64,000 bases of DNA from Promethearchaeati archaeon (GCA_013166775.1 JABLTJ010000008.1:52564-116563); one strand, 5' to 3'; shown: positions 47,752 through 58,636, counted from the stretch's first letter. The notes: a model not told the origin generated them from the sequence alone. Numbers and translations are program-made.

Positions 47752-49704
47752 ATGTTAGAACCCAATAATCTCGATTTCATAAAACTAGGTTTTCATGCAG
47801 GTCTAGAGGTTCACCATCAGATTAAATCTGATCGCAAGCTCTTCTGCAATTGCCCTCCTATTTTAGAAGAGGATCCAGAAGCAATGGATTATAGTTTTTT
47901 CCGATATTTTCGACCCGTACTAGGAGAAATGGGTGATTTTGATCCTGGAATGTTGGTTGAATTTGAAAAAAATTACAAAGTCATCTATTTTGCTTGTGAG
48001 AGAAACACGTGTACGTATGAGATGGATGAAACACCACCCTTTAGTCCTGATATTGAAGCTATTAGAAAGGGTTTTCTTCTCTCTGCATATTTCAACTGCT
48101 CTGCCTATGCAGAAGAAATAGTTGTTAATCGCAAACAATATCTTGATGGTTCCATCACCACTGGTTTTCAGCGTACTTTTATTTGTGGAAGAGATGGATG
48201 GGTTCCTGTCAATGGAAAAAAAGTCAGAGTAACCAATGTATATATCGAAGAAGACGCAGCAAGGAGAGTTAATTGGATTGATACTTCAAGCAGGATAGTT
48301 TATTTTAATTTAGATAGATTGGGGGTACCTCTTACTGAAGTAATAACTGAATATACTGACGTTGAAACACCTGAAGAGCTAATTGAAACAGCTAAACAAA
48401 TAGGGCGTGTTCTAAGATTAAGTAGAGTTGGACGAAGAGGACTTGGCTCTGCTAGACAGGATGTAAATATTACAATTGAGGGTGGAGATCGGGTAGAAGT
48501 AAAAGGTGTTCAAGACCTTCATCTGTTCGATATCCTATGCAGACACGAGGTTGTCAGACAACATGCTCTTATTGGAATCATGGAAGAAATGAAAAAGAGA
48601 GGCATCAAAAAGGAGGATTTTGAACATACTTACATTGATATAAGTCATGTTTTAAATTTGGAAGAAGGATCAAAGGCTTTCGCTTCTGTTTTTCCTAAAA
48701 TGAAAGGGATTTTTGGTATTGAAGTACAACCAAACAAAGATTTCGGTTTGGAAATCTTTGAAAAGAGCATGTTAATAACTGGTATACCACGCGAGTATCA
48801 TTTTCATAGTGATCAACTTGAAGAAAATGCTGTAAGAAATAGGTCTGATTATCCTTGTAAAATTAACATTTCTCAGGAGAACTACCAGGAGATCTGTTCG
48901 ATTTTGAATCCTGAATCATCAGATGCAATCATTTTAGTTGTTGGTTCTGAAAGAAAAGCAATGCATTGTTTGAAGAAAATCGTTGAGCGTGTCAAGATTG
49001 CTATCGATGGTGTCCCTCAGGAAACAAGAAGACTAGTCCAAAATGGGAATACAGAATTTCTCAGAGTAATTCATGGGAAAGACCGTATTTATCCAGATAC
49101 AGACACTCCTCCAATAGTTATTTCCTTGGATAAAATACAAGAAATGACAAAGGATTTAAGAAAACGACCTTGGGAAGTGTTTGAAGATTTGAATGATAAA
49201 TATGGTTTCTTACAAGAAAAAATTGATCTTTTAATTAGAGATGAAAAAGTTGAGAAATTCTATGATTATACTGAAACAAAAAGGATTAATGCAAATCTAG
49301 CTTACAAGCTCCTAATAGATCTTCCACGTGAGAAAAGAAGAAGCGGTGTGATTCTTTCAAACAAAATAATTGATACTATAGCGGAATGGTTAGCGAAGAG
49401 GAATATAATAGCAGAACAAATCGGTATTTTGTTAAAGATTCTTTTAGAAAATCCTAATTTAACTTCAACAGAGATTAAAGCAAAATTAGGCACAAGACAG
49501 ATACCAATAAACGAATTGGAGGAGATGATACTTTCAAAATTGAAAGAATTTAATTTTGTTCCTTCAAAACAAGATGAAATCTATGATGACATACTTGTAT
49601 CAAAAGTAGTAGGTGTAATTATCAAAAATATTGGTTATGCTTACTCTGGCGAGTATCTAGTTGAAGCTGTGAAACATGTGATTTCTAAACAGGAGGATGA
49701 ATAA
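47752..49704 (+). CDS. gatE: Glu-tRNA(Gln) amidotransferase subunit E
   Basis: GLEVHHQI...KLFC, RKQYLDGSITTGFQRT, EEDAAR, LDRLGVPL, RQDVN, EVKGVQ, RIYPDTDTP. Confidence 0.96.
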   Translation: MLEPNNLDFIKLGFHAGLEVHHQIKSDRKLFCNCPPILEEDPEAMDYSFFRYFRPVLGEMGDFDPGMLVEFEKNYKVIYFACERNTCTYEMDETPPFSPDIEAIRKGFLLSAYFNCSAYAEEIVVNRKQYLDGSITTGFQRTFICGRDGWVPVNGKKVRVTNVYIEEDAARRVNWIDTSSRIVYFNLDRLGVPLTEVITEYTDVETPEELIETAKQIGRVLRLSRVGRRGLGSARQDVNITIEGGDRVEVKGVQDLHLFDILCRHEVVRQHALIGIMEEMKKRGIKKEDFEHTYIDISHVLNLEEGSKAFASVFPKMKGIFGIEVQPNKDFGLEIFEKSMLITGIPREYHFHSDQLEENAVRNRSDYPCKINISQENYQEICSILNPESSDAIILVVGSERKAMHCLKKIVERVKIAIDGVPQETRRLVQNGNTEFLRVIHGKDRIYPDTDTPPIVISLDKIQEMTKDLRKRPWEVFEDLNDKYGFLQEKIDLLIRDEKVEKFYDYTETKRINANLAYKLLIDLPREKRRSGVILSNKIIDTIAEWLAKRNIIAEQIGILLKILLENPNLTSTEIKAKLGTRQIPINELEEMILSKLKEFNFVPSKQDEIYDDILVSKVVGVIIKNIGYAYSGEYLVEAVKHVISKQEDE

Positions 49705-51097
49705 ATTGAGTGGTTCAGAAAATGAATTTGATCCTGAAGGATATAGAGGTCCATTAAGAGATCGATTATTAAAAGGTAAAATCAGAACCTGGAGTAAAGT
49801 CAGTGTTAAGAAAGGAGATGCAACTTATGAGGGTTTGTTACTTCCTAGAAGTCAACATACTGATGATAATTATATAACTCTAAAAGTTGATACAGGTTAT
49901 AATTTAGGGATTCTAATTGATGAAGAAACAATTATTACAGAAATTGGCTACCAAAAAGGTATATATCAGCTTCCTCATGTCGATGTTCAGTTTAAAGAAG
50001 AATTACCTAATGTAACTTTATTGGGAACAGGAGGAACCGTTGCTTCTAGGTTGGATTACAGGACTGGAGCAGTTCTTCCTGCATTTACGCCAGAAGAATT
50101 ATTTTCAGCTGTTCCAGAACTAACCTCTACAGTTAATTTAACCCCAAAGACATTATATCAGATTTTGAGTGAGAATTTCCAACCAGAGTACTGGGTGAAA
50201 ACAGCAGAAGCAATTGGAAGAGAAATAGAACAAGGAGCAAATGGAATAATCATAGGTCATGGTACAGACACTATGTGTGTGACAGGATGTGCGTTATCCT
50301 ATTTTCTTAGGAATCTTCCTGTTCCAGTTGTGTTAGTAGGTAGTCAAAGAAGCTCAGATCGTCCTTCATCAGATGGTCCACGGAATATTCTATTTGCGGC
50401 TAATTTAGCTGGGCATCAAGATTTTGCTGAAGTTGCAATTTGTATGCATGGGAGTTCAAGTGATAGTTATAATTTAATACATAGAGCAACCCGGTGTCGC
50501 AAAATGCATTCTGCCAGACGAGATACTTTTCGTACATTATCCGATATTCCACTTGGTAAAATTGATGAATCAGGTGTAACGTGGTTTAAAGATGATATTT
50601 CACCAAGAAAACCTATTGATGATTTCTATGTGGATACAAAAATCGATACTAGAGTGGGAATGCTGTATTTCTATCCTGGTATGAATCCTGATATGCTTAA
50701 TTCTATGGTCGATTTAGGATACCATGGAGTAGTAATAATAGGTACAGGATTAGCTCATGTAGGAACTGATGTATATCCTGCTTTGGAAAGATGTCAAGAA
50801 GAAGAAATACCTGTAGTTATGGTAGTCGAACCACTCTATGGTTTTGCTCAACTACGTGTATATGAAACAGGACGTGATATGTTAGCAAGAGGAGTAATAG
50901 AAGGTGAAAATATGCTACCATCAGCTGCTTATACAAAATTAATCTGGACACTTGGGCATACAAGGGATTTAGAAGAGGTTAAGAAAATTATGCTAACTCC
51001 AATAGCTGGTGAAATTACAAATAGAGAAAGCCCAAGAGGATTTATGATACTCCAAGGTATAGAAAAAGGAATAGAAAATATTCTAAAACATCTTTAA
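49697..51097 (+). CDS. gatD: Glu-tRNA(Gln) amidotransferase subunit D
   Basis: GYNLGI N-domain, TGGTVASRLDYRTGAV, HGTDT, GSQRSSDRPSSD, RKMHSARRD. Confidence 0.96.
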   Translation: MNKLSGSENEFDPEGYRGPLRDRLLKGKIRTWSKVSVKKGDATYEGLLLPRSQHTDDNYITLKVDTGYNLGILIDEETIITEIGYQKGIYQLPHVDVQFKEELPNVTLLGTGGTVASRLDYRTGAVLPAFTPEELFSAVPELTSTVNLTPKTLYQILSENFQPEYWVKTAEAIGREIEQGANGIIIGHGTDTMCVTGCALSYFLRNLPVPVVLVGSQRSSDRPSSDGPRNILFAANLAGHQDFAEVAICMHGSSSDSYNLIHRATRCRKMHSARRDTFRTLSDIPLGKIDESGVTWFKDDISPRKPIDDFYVDTKIDTRVGMLYFYPGMNPDMLNSMVDLGYHGVVIIGTGLAHVGTDVYPALERCQEEEIPVVMVVEPLYGFAQLRVYETGRDMLARGVIEGENMLPSAAYTKLIWTLGHTRDLEEVKKIMLTPIAGEITNRESPRGFMILQGIEKGIENILKHL

Positions 51098-51142
51098 TTT
51101 GTCAACTAAAACTTTATAGTAAGTGAGAAATTTCATAGATTA

Positions 51143-52498
51143 ATGTATATTAGTCACTATGATGTTCGATTATTTTACAAATGCCCAACACTGCTCTACC
51201 TTAATCTGCATGGACCTCAAGATGCAAAACAGATTCACCCAATAATACAAAGAAGAAAACGTTATACAAGAAACTCCTTTTTGGATTCAATTAATGTGGA
51301 ACAAGAAACTCAAAAAACTATATCTCAAATGGAAAAAGCAAAGAAATCAATCAATCAATGTTTGATAAGTACCAATAATCTTGTTGCAAAAGTTGATCGT
51401 CTTAATAAAGTAGACAATAATAGTAATTTAGGTTCATATTCCTACAGAGCTTCTTTTGCGAGAAATACTCTCACTCCTAAGAAACCTCTCTTAATGGAAG
51501 GAGTATTTGTTTCTTACATCCTTCAAAAAATATTGAACACTGAAATCAAAGAATTTTATGTCCAAAAACAAAATGATATCCAATCAATCAATATAGCAGA
51601 ATACTTTGCCGATTTTGAAAACGATCTAGTTTTAATCGATGAAATTATTCGAGGGGAGAAGGAAATATCACCTAATTACGTTCGTACTTGTAGAGTATGC
51701 GAATGGAGATTCTATTGTAAAAAAACCGCTGCTGAAAGTTCAGATCTAACTCTAATAAGCGGAATTGGTGGAAGAATCAAGAAGAAGCTGATTACACTTG
51801 GGATAGAAGATGTTCCAAGCTTAGCACAAGTTGATTTGAACAGCTTACCTAAGGATCTTACAAATAATGCAGATTTTGATTTTTTTGTCAAACAAGCAAA
51901 ATCATTAACTACGAAAGAAGCAATTGTAAGAGAAAGCATAAAATTCCCTAAAAATCGGATCGAGCTATTTGTAGATTTAGAAGGTTCTTCTCATCACAAT
52001 TTCGTTTGGATTATAGGTTGTTTAATGAGAAAAGAGGGAGAAGTAGATTATATTTCATTTCTAGCTAACACACCAAAAGAAGAAAAAGAAATGGTTGTTT
52101 CATTTTCAGATTTTATTTCAGATCTTGGGGATGATTTTACTCTTTATCATTGGTCATCTGCAGAACCACAGTATTTCAAGAATCTATTCACCAAATATTC
52201 CCTCCCATTCAAGATGCTAAATAAACTACATCATAACTCATTTGATCTTTTTCCAATTTTTAAAAGAAAGATTATCCTCCCATTGTTTACTTACACGTTA
52301 AAGGATGTAGCGAATTTTCTTGGTTTCCAATGGCACGATCCACTTGCCGATGGAGCAACAAGTATAGTACTCTTTGATAAATGGTACTTAGAGAAAGATA
52401 AGAAATCTCTTCAGAAAGCTATTTCTTATAATTCAGATGACTGTAAAGCCTTGCTTATCATAAAGGATTATCTATCTAAAAAACTATCAGCTGATTAG
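51143..52498 (+). CDS. TM0106-family RecB-like nuclease with C-terminal RNase H-like domain
   Basis: CRVCEWRFYC, HhH ISGIG, FVDLE, YHW, DLF, YTLKDVA, YNSDDC. Confidence 0.85.
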   Translation: MYISHYDVRLFYKCPTLLYLNLHGPQDAKQIHPIIQRRKRYTRNSFLDSINVEQETQKTISQMEKAKKSINQCLISTNNLVAKVDRLNKVDNNSNLGSYSYRASFARNTLTPKKPLLMEGVFVSYILQKILNTEIKEFYVQKQNDIQSINIAEYFADFENDLVLIDEIIRGEKEISPNYVRTCRVCEWRFYCKKTAAESSDLTLISGIGGRIKKKLITLGIEDVPSLAQVDLNSLPKDLTNNADFDFFVKQAKSLTTKEAIVRESIKFPKNRIELFVDLEGSSHHNFVWIIGCLMRKEGEVDYISFLANTPKEEKEMVVSFSDFISDLGDDFTLYHWSSAEPQYFKNLFTKYSLPFKMLNKLHHNSFDLFPIFKRKIILPLFTYTLKDVANFLGFQWHDPLADGATSIVLFDKWYLEKDKKSLQKAISYNSDDCKALLIIKDYLSKKLSAD

Positions 52499-52532
52499 TA
52501 TAACTTATGCTCAATGCAAAAAGATTATTAGT

Positions 52533-53534
52533 ATGAAATTTTTGTTTCTTTCGGTTAATATGTCTGACGATATATTCTATGGAGATTTAGGAATTATTGG
52601 AGGAGGAGTAGGGGGACTTGGTTGTGCAATCATAGCAGCTTACAAAGGACTCAAAGTAACTGTGTTCGAAGGAGGTCGTTTGGGTGGAATAGTAACAACT
52701 TTGTATGCAAGAAAGATTGTTGAAAACTATCCTGGAGCCCCCAGTATCTTAGGTAAAAGATTAATTGATGAATTTGTTATTCAAGCTCGAGAAGTTCAAG
52801 CTGAAATCAAAGATGAACGAGTTGTTAATGTTGAAAAACAAGATGATATCTTAACAATCATCACTAATGAAGGTAGATATAGTTTTAGAAGTATTGTAAT
52901 TGCAACAGGATCTCGACCCGCTGAATTGGGTATTCCTGGTGAAAGAAAATTCAGAATGAAAGATAAAGGAGTGTATAATTTCGTCACTGATCCTGACAGA
53001 TTCAAAGGAAGCGAGGTTGTTATTGTGGGTGGAGGAGATACAGCTATTGATGCAGTACATGCAATAAGCAATATTGCTAAGAAAATCTATTTAGTTCACA
53101 GAAGAGATAGTTTTCGAGCAGCTGAAACTAAGGTAAGTCAGATAGTAGATGATAATTTGGCTGAAATCTGTTACAATAATGTTGTTGCAGAGCTAAAAGG
53201 AGACAAAATGCTCGAGGAAGTTGTTCTGGAGAATGTTGATACTAAAATGAGAAGAGAAATATCAGCTGATAAATGTATCTTAGCTGTAGGTATGAGTACA
53301 AATCTAGATATCTTTGAAGATTTAGGTTTAGAAACTGATGGTAAATATATACGTGTGGATAAAGAAATGAGAACCAATATTCAAGGTGTATTTGCTATCG
53401 GTGATATAGCTACCCAATATCAGTTAATTGTTATAGCAGTTGCCCAAGGGGCTAAAGCAGCCCATAATGCATTTGGCATGATACGTAAACCATATTGGTA
53501 CAAAGACGAAGTATGGCCTACAGAAGATTGCTAA
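52533..53534 (+). CDS. Thioredoxin-reductase-like NAD(P)/FAD oxidoreductase lacking CxxC (possible ferredoxin-NADP reductase); likely start MSDDIF
   Basis: GGGVGG, IATG, VGGGDTAID, HRRDSFRA, FAIGD; VYNFVTD replaces the CxxC. Confidence 0.8.
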   Translation: MKFLFLSVNMSDDIFYGDLGIIGGGVGGLGCAIIAAYKGLKVTVFEGGRLGGIVTTLYARKIVENYPGAPSILGKRLIDEFVIQAREVQAEIKDERVVNVEKQDDILTIITNEGRYSFRSIVIATGSRPAELGIPGERKFRMKDKGVYNFVTDPDRFKGSEVVIVGGGDTAIDAVHAISNIAKKIYLVHRRDSFRAAETKVSQIVDDNLAEICYNNVVAELKGDKMLEEVVLENVDTKMRREISADKCILAVGMSTNLDIFEDLGLETDGKYIRVDKEMRTNIQGVFAIGDIATQYQLIVIAVAQGAKAAHNAFGMIRKPYWYKDEVWPTEDC

Positions 53535-53571
53535 TTTTACTTCTTTTCTTTTCCTTTTTCTAATTCTAATA

Positions 53572-54282
53572 TCATAATTCAAATAGAAGGAATGCTACAA
53601 ATGCTACCGATATCACAAGCGTCGTGTTATCAATAAATTTGTAATTAAATGCTTCTATTACCATTGCAACGAAACCAATAACCAATGCTTTCCACCAGAA
53701 TCCTGGTAATGGAAGCATATTATTAAAACCAAATGTAATGATGACCCCAATGAAGGTACCAAAAAAGACAAAGAATGATCCTTCAACACTTCTTTCTACA
53801 AAAATCTTGTATTTTATTCTCCCGTAAGGTCTTCCTATCATCTCTCCCAAACCATCCCCTAAAGCAACAGCTAGAACAGCAATAGTGTAGATATATACCA
53901 TGTCCCTATAAGCAAAGGCAAAGAATACTACAAACAAAGCAAAAGCAGATGAGAAAGTATTTAATATCAAATTGTATTTTTTTTCACCTTCCCTCGTACA
54001 ATCATCAAGGATTCTTTGAATGAAACTGAGTTTTGGTATTGCAGAAACTAATAGAAGAAGACTCGAAATTATTACAATTGTCACAATAACATCAAATATG
54101 TTCTCAGAGAAATAGGGGAAAAAAGCTAGAAATAAATGCAGTATCATATGCCCTAATTTTCGAACCCTCCATTTAGGCAATTTTAGTGCTTTAAAAAGGA
54201 AAACTAGATTCAAAATGATAAATGATAGAACTACTGAGACTACTACAAATACCCAATTAACTTGAGTAGTATCGAATATCAT
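53572..54282 (-). CDS. Polyprenol/phytol/dolichol kinase family membrane protein
   Basis: RKLGH, LGDGLGEMIGRPYG, RSVEGS, IDN. Confidence 0.85.
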   Translation of the reverse strand: MIFDTTQVNWVFVVVSVVLSFIILNLVFLFKALKLPKWRVRKLGHMILHLFLAFFPYFSENIFDVIVTIVIISSLLLLVSAIPKLSFIQRILDDCTREGEKKYNLILNTFSSAFALFVVFFAFAYRDMVYIYTIAVLAVALGDGLGEMIGRPYGRIKYKIFVERSVEGSFFVFFGTFIGVIITFGFNNMLPLPGFWWKALVIGFVAMVIEAFNYKFIDNTTLVISVAFVAFLLFEL

Positions 54283-54297
54283 TAAACCATTCCCTTA

Positions 54298-54918
54298 TTA
54301 ATTCGCTGGTTTACAAAGTAATTCTTTAATTTTCATGTCGAAGAAATTTTGAGTGTGAGCTGGTTTGATTACCCATGCAGTATCAGCCCCTCTTCCTGTT
54401 CCACTTACTGCAATCACATCATCCATTGTGATTACTCCTGCATCGGCAGCCATTGCAACTATCTCCGCACATACTTTTGTTCCTTGACCAAAAACTCTGA
54501 ATGTTTCAGCTATTAATTCTGCTATCATCCATGTTCCATGTTTTTTTCGTATTGCTCGATCAATACCAGCAAGTGCATGAGTCGCAGTTACAACTATAAC
54601 ATTATTCTCCTGAAGTTTTTCTATTGTTTCGAGTGGTATTTCCATCTCCCCAGGAGCCTGAAATCCTGCTTGATGTGTAACTGCTACTAGTTTTACATTA
54701 GAAAAATAGTTCATAGCCTTTAATGCTGAAGCTCCTGATGTTGTAGCGATTATTATCTGATTTATACCTCCTTTCTCCACCCTCTCCTTAACAATTTTTA
54801 ATACTTCATCAGTATAATTTCCTGGTTTATCAAAATAAACAACCATATCTATGAATAGTATGCCTTCCTTATATTTTTTTACTAACGTATAGACAATGTT
54901 GGAGCACATATTAAACAA
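54298..54918 (-). CDS. Pyruvate kinase C-terminal (alpha/beta)-like archaeal protein, COG1751 (likely start MVVYF)
   Basis: YFDKPG, ATTSGASA, VTHQAGF, FGQGTKVCAEIVAMAADAG, GTGRGADTA. Confidence 0.85.
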   Translation of the reverse strand: MFNMCSNIVYTLVKKYKEGILFIDMVVYFDKPGNYTDEVLKIVKERVEKGGINQIIIATTSGASALKAMNYFSNVKLVAVTHQAGFQAPGEMEIPLETIEKLQENNVIVVTATHALAGIDRAIRKKHGTWMIAELIAETFRVFGQGTKVCAEIVAMAADAGVITMDDVIAVSGTGRGADTAWVIKPAHTQNFFDMKIKELLCKPAN

Positions 54919-55045
54919 GAACTCCTTCCTTGTTTCATTATTCGAAACTATTATTTTGTAATGATGAAAAGTATTTCTCCAAAATACATCTTTTCCTTGC
55001 TTTCTTGAAAAACTTTATAGATAACAGTGAGTTAAGGTTTTTCAA

Positions 55046-55459
55046 ATGAGCGTTAGATTCGAGCTTGATCAAGGCAAAGTTAACGCAGTGAAAATAAGTA
55101 TTCGAAAAAGAATTCTGAACAAAAAACAAACAGAAATTATCGATACTTTTACAGATTGTATTATTAATGCTATGCCTAGTATAGTTAGAGACACATTAAG
55201 ATCTATTCTCATCTGTGCAACCAGAGATTGGGAAATGAATAGAGCACTCCCTCTTAATGACTTTAATTTCATGCATGTTAATGATAGAATTAAAGAATTT
55301 GACAGCATATATGGTTTCTTTATTGCGAGGATTCAAGATATTTTAATTGAGGAATTGGATGAGGAAACAATAGATTTTTTACGAAAAGCATCTCTTACAA
55401 ACTATAGCGATTTTCTAGGATCAGAAGGTTATGCAGTAGATTACTATAGCTTTAATTAA
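55046..55459 (+). CDS. Hypothetical protein
   Basis: 137-aa ATG-initiated ORF filling the gap. Confidence 0.55.
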   Translation: MSVRFELDQGKVNAVKISIRKRILNKKQTEIIDTFTDCIINAMPSIVRDTLRSILICATRDWEMNRALPLNDFNFMHVNDRIKEFDSIYGFFIARIQDILIEELDEETIDFLRKASLTNYSDFLGSEGYAVDYYSFN

Positions 55460-55539
55460 ATTTAATATCTATCACTCCTATTTTAGGTAAAAAATAAATA
55501 ATAGTAATAATCCCCCCTTGATAAACCTAAGGTGTTATC

Positions 55540-58161
55540 ATGAGAAAGAAACTATTCAATTTATTTGTAATTATTGCTTTATCTTTAATTCTCTTAAATA
55601 CATTCAGTAGTCGAACTAATGCTCAAGATTCTATTAATGTTCTTTTAGTTGGAACTGAGATAGAAGATGCTTTCTTTGCAAGGATACAACTAGATCCAAT
55701 TTTTGTGGTTTCTAGTCAAGAAAACATAGGTTCTGATTTATCAGGAATTGATTGTTTAATAATTCTCGATTATGCTCCTACTTGGTCTGAAGTATCTATA
55801 TTGGATACTTATGCTGGTGGATTAATCATTTTTGTTGGTGAAAACCTAGTAAATAATGCCAGTCTACTAGTTCAACTAGGTTTCAGTTCTACATCAGCTG
55901 GAATCCTTTATGATGATTATGCCTTACCCATCCCTACAGAAGCTGGAGAGGATCACTTATTCATCAACAATATTCAATGGAACTCTGTTCCCACATTATC
56001 AAATTACACAAGCCTAGATTTAACAGGAGAAATTTTAGTTGAAACAAGTTCTGATAGTGAAAATCCTGGTATTCCTCTAATAGTTGGCTCTTCTGATGAT
56101 GAACAAATAGTGTTTAATTTCTACCCTCAAATGACTTCTAATCATGAGATAATAGAATGGCCTTATTTCAATTATCTATTGTATTTAACCATGACTTCTA
56201 CCTCTGAAAATCCAAACCTTTCCTATGGAAAATGGGAGTATTCACCAGTTCCACATACACTAGAGACCACTATTTTAGGAGTATCAGTAATATTTACAAT
56301 TATAGCAACAGGTATTGCATTCTTTTATGCGAGAAAGTACTCAAAGAATACTCCTATTGAAAAGAAAGATCTAGATGAGATGAGTAAAGAAACAGAAACT
56401 AATGATAAATGGGAAGAGGTAGGAATGCATCGTCAATTAGGAGGATTTCTAGTTCAACTATTTATTGGCCTTCTCATTATATTACCAAATGTTGTTATGA
56501 GCGCTTTGGTTTTCCCATTAATTATTTTACCAAGTCCTCAAGCCGCAGGATTTTACGATTTTACAATTAGATTCTTTGAAGCTCTTTGGTTATTCTTTGA
56601 TATGGGAACTTCAATTGTGCTTGTCAAATTCTTTAGTGAACATAGAGTGAAGAGACCTCAACAAGCGATTAAGTATGTTCAGTTATTTGTTTGGTTCCAG
56701 ATGTTATCTGGTATTGCACAATTATTTCTATTTTCATTTTTAGGTTCAATGATATTCCCCCATACCTTTTTAGCACATATGACTTGGATTTTTGTAACTC
56801 ATGCATTTTTCCAGTGGCCAGCATTTTTCCTAGTTTTCATGTACCTTTTCCAAGCAATGAATCGAATAGATTATTATCAAGTACTCAACATACTACTTTA
56901 CGGGATTCTAAATATTTCACTGCAATATGTAGTGATAGTTCTTTTCAGATTTACTTTAGGTAAAAATCCGATTTTTGGGGATGGATTAGCTGGTGCAATG
57001 GGATATAGTATTGGATTTTATGTGATTCAAGTGACGTCTTTCTTGATTGGCTTATGGATGTTCAAAAGATTAGGATTTTCCTTGAAATCTATATTTAGAA
57101 TAGACTTTTCATGGGCTGAAATAAAAGAATCATTTAAATTCGGAATTAAATGGATGATGGGTGCAATTCTCCCCCCTCTCGGTTGGTTTATTCAGTTATA
57201 CTTATTGTCAGCTTTCCTACCTAACTATACTCAACAACAAGGATATTTCTCAATTGCTTGGAATTTTGCTATGATTGTGATGCTTGTTGGATTGTTTACT
57301 AATGGAATATTGCCAGCGGTGTCTGAATCCTTCCATGCAAAGAAGAAAACATTGACTCGGTACTATACTGTGAGTTCTCTAAAATGGAGTGCTTACTTTG
57401 ATTGGTATCTTGTTGCATCTTTATTAGCAGTGGGATGGCGATTTATCATAGGTGGTGCGGGAGCTGAATGGGCTGATGCTTCAGTCTTAATTGCTTGGTT
57501 CTTATTCTTTCATTCCATCGGCTACTTCTCATGGCTTGGAGATTGGATGTTTGCAGGCTCTGATAGACCTGGATGGGCGGCAACTAGCTGGGTTATAGAA
57601 CAAGTTTTACGAGCTTCAATCCTAGCGATATGTATTCCAAGATACGCTTTCTTTACTACGAACTTTGGTTCCCCGTTAGTAGCAGTTATGTTCGCATATT
57701 TTCCAGCTCTAATTGTTAAGATTATCTTCATGTGGTGGCAAATAAGACGTAATGAATACTTCAAATTCAAATGGAAGGATTTGTTATGGCAAGGTGTTGC
57801 AGCTCCACTTATTTCGGCAGCGATTCTATTCGGAATCTTCGAAGGATTATTTAGATTGGTATGGCAAGGAGAGATTATAACTTCAGTTGTAATCCTTCTA
57901 ATTGGAACTTTGTTGGGACTGTATCTTTTCGCATTTCTAGCCAGCTGGTTTGGAGCTTTTGATGATAACACTCTTGAAGAATTAAAAAGAGCAACAGGAA
58001 TGGTTAAAGGTTTTGGATTCATGGCTAAACCTCTGTATAAAATTACAGAATGGGCAGCAAAAATTTCCCCATTGCACAATAAATTTCCAATCTCAATATA
58101 TGAAGAAGCTGCTAAAGAAGCTACTGAATTAACACAAGAAAAAACCCAACTTGTAATTTAA
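55540..58161 (+). CDS. MOP-superfamily (MurJ/Wzx-like) flippase fused to an N-terminal secreted domain
   Basis: Signal peptide, ~210-aa soluble domain, TM, then a polytopic block with FFDMGTSIVLVKFFSE, SFKFG, QGYFSIA, LPAVSES. Confidence 0.7.
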   Translation: MRKKLFNLFVIIALSLILLNTFSSRTNAQDSINVLLVGTEIEDAFFARIQLDPIFVVSSQENIGSDLSGIDCLIILDYAPTWSEVSILDTYAGGLIIFVGENLVNNASLLVQLGFSSTSAGILYDDYALPIPTEAGEDHLFINNIQWNSVPTLSNYTSLDLTGEILVETSSDSENPGIPLIVGSSDDEQIVFNFYPQMTSNHEIIEWPYFNYLLYLTMTSTSENPNLSYGKWEYSPVPHTLETTILGVSVIFTIIATGIAFFYARKYSKNTPIEKKDLDEMSKETETNDKWEEVGMHRQLGGFLVQLFIGLLIILPNVVMSALVFPLIILPSPQAAGFYDFTIRFFEALWLFFDMGTSIVLVKFFSEHRVKRPQQAIKYVQLFVWFQMLSGIAQLFLFSFLGSMIFPHTFLAHMTWIFVTHAFFQWPAFFLVFMYLFQAMNRIDYYQVLNILLYGILNISLQYVVIVLFRFTLGKNPIFGDGLAGAMGYSIGFYVIQVTSFLIGLWMFKRLGFSLKSIFRIDFSWAEIKESFKFGIKWMMGAILPPLGWFIQLYLLSAFLPNYTQQQGYFSIAWNFAMIVMLVGLFTNGILPAVSESFHAKKKTLTRYYTVSSLKWSAYFDWYLVASLLAVGWRFIIGGAGAEWADASVLIAWFLFFHSIGYFSWLGDWMFAGSDRPGWAATSWVIEQVLRASILAICIPRYAFFTTNFGSPLVAVMFAYFPALIVKIIFMWWQIRRNEYFKFKWKDLLWQGVAAPLISAAILFGIFEGLFRLVWQGEIITSVVILLIGTLLGLYLFAFLASWFGAFDDNTLEELKRATGMVKGFGFMAKPLYKITEWAAKISPLHNKFPISIYEEAAKEATELTQEKTQLVI

Positions 58162-58174
58162 TCCTTCTTTTTTC

Positions 58175-58636
58175 TTATTTTTTTGTTTTTTTTGCAGATT
58201 GAATAGTTCTCTTTATCCACTCATCACTATTGGAATCATTCTCTAACTCTTCACAGTATTCCCAGTAATCTCCAGCAATCAAACCCATCAGAGATATTTT
58301 TTTGAACTTCCTAGGTTTGTTTGGTGTTGCAGTGAATAAGAATAATAGTCTTGCAGCTTTGGTTTTTAGTTTATTAACATCTAAAGAATAATCTAGCGGA
58401 ATTTCATCATCTTGAAGAGTAATGGCAACTTCTAATGATTCTGTGTTGATAGCTGCAAATTTAGTTAGAGCTAATAAACTGTAGTTTCTAATCCAGTCCA
58501 TTCTAGAAGAAGTTTGTGCATGGTTATATAGAGAGGTTAAGCATCCTTCCCTAATCAAATTCTGGAGTGCTTCTCTCCTAGCATCATCTCCAATCGAGGG
58601 AGATTCAATCAAACGATCATATTTCCTACAATCCAT
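58175..58636 (-). CDS. Hypothetical helical protein
   Basis: 153-aa ORF; no family recognised. Confidence 0.55.
   Translation of the reverse strand: MDCRKYDRLIESPSIGDDARREALQNLIREGCLTSLYNHAQTSSRMDWIRNYSLLALTKFAAINTESLEVAITLQDDEIPLDYSLDVNKLKTKAARLLFLFTATPNKPRKFKKISLMGLIAGDYWEYCEELENDSNSDEWIKRTIQSAKKTKK

Noticed and set aside
51143-52498. RecB-like nuclease as Cas4 or a defence island
   Set aside because: Architecture fits the TM0106 family; no cas or defence genes adjacent
52533-53571. Selenoprotein or stop-codon readthrough in the TrxB-like gene
   Set aside because: Ends in TAA, no in-frame TGA and no SECIS-like hairpin seen
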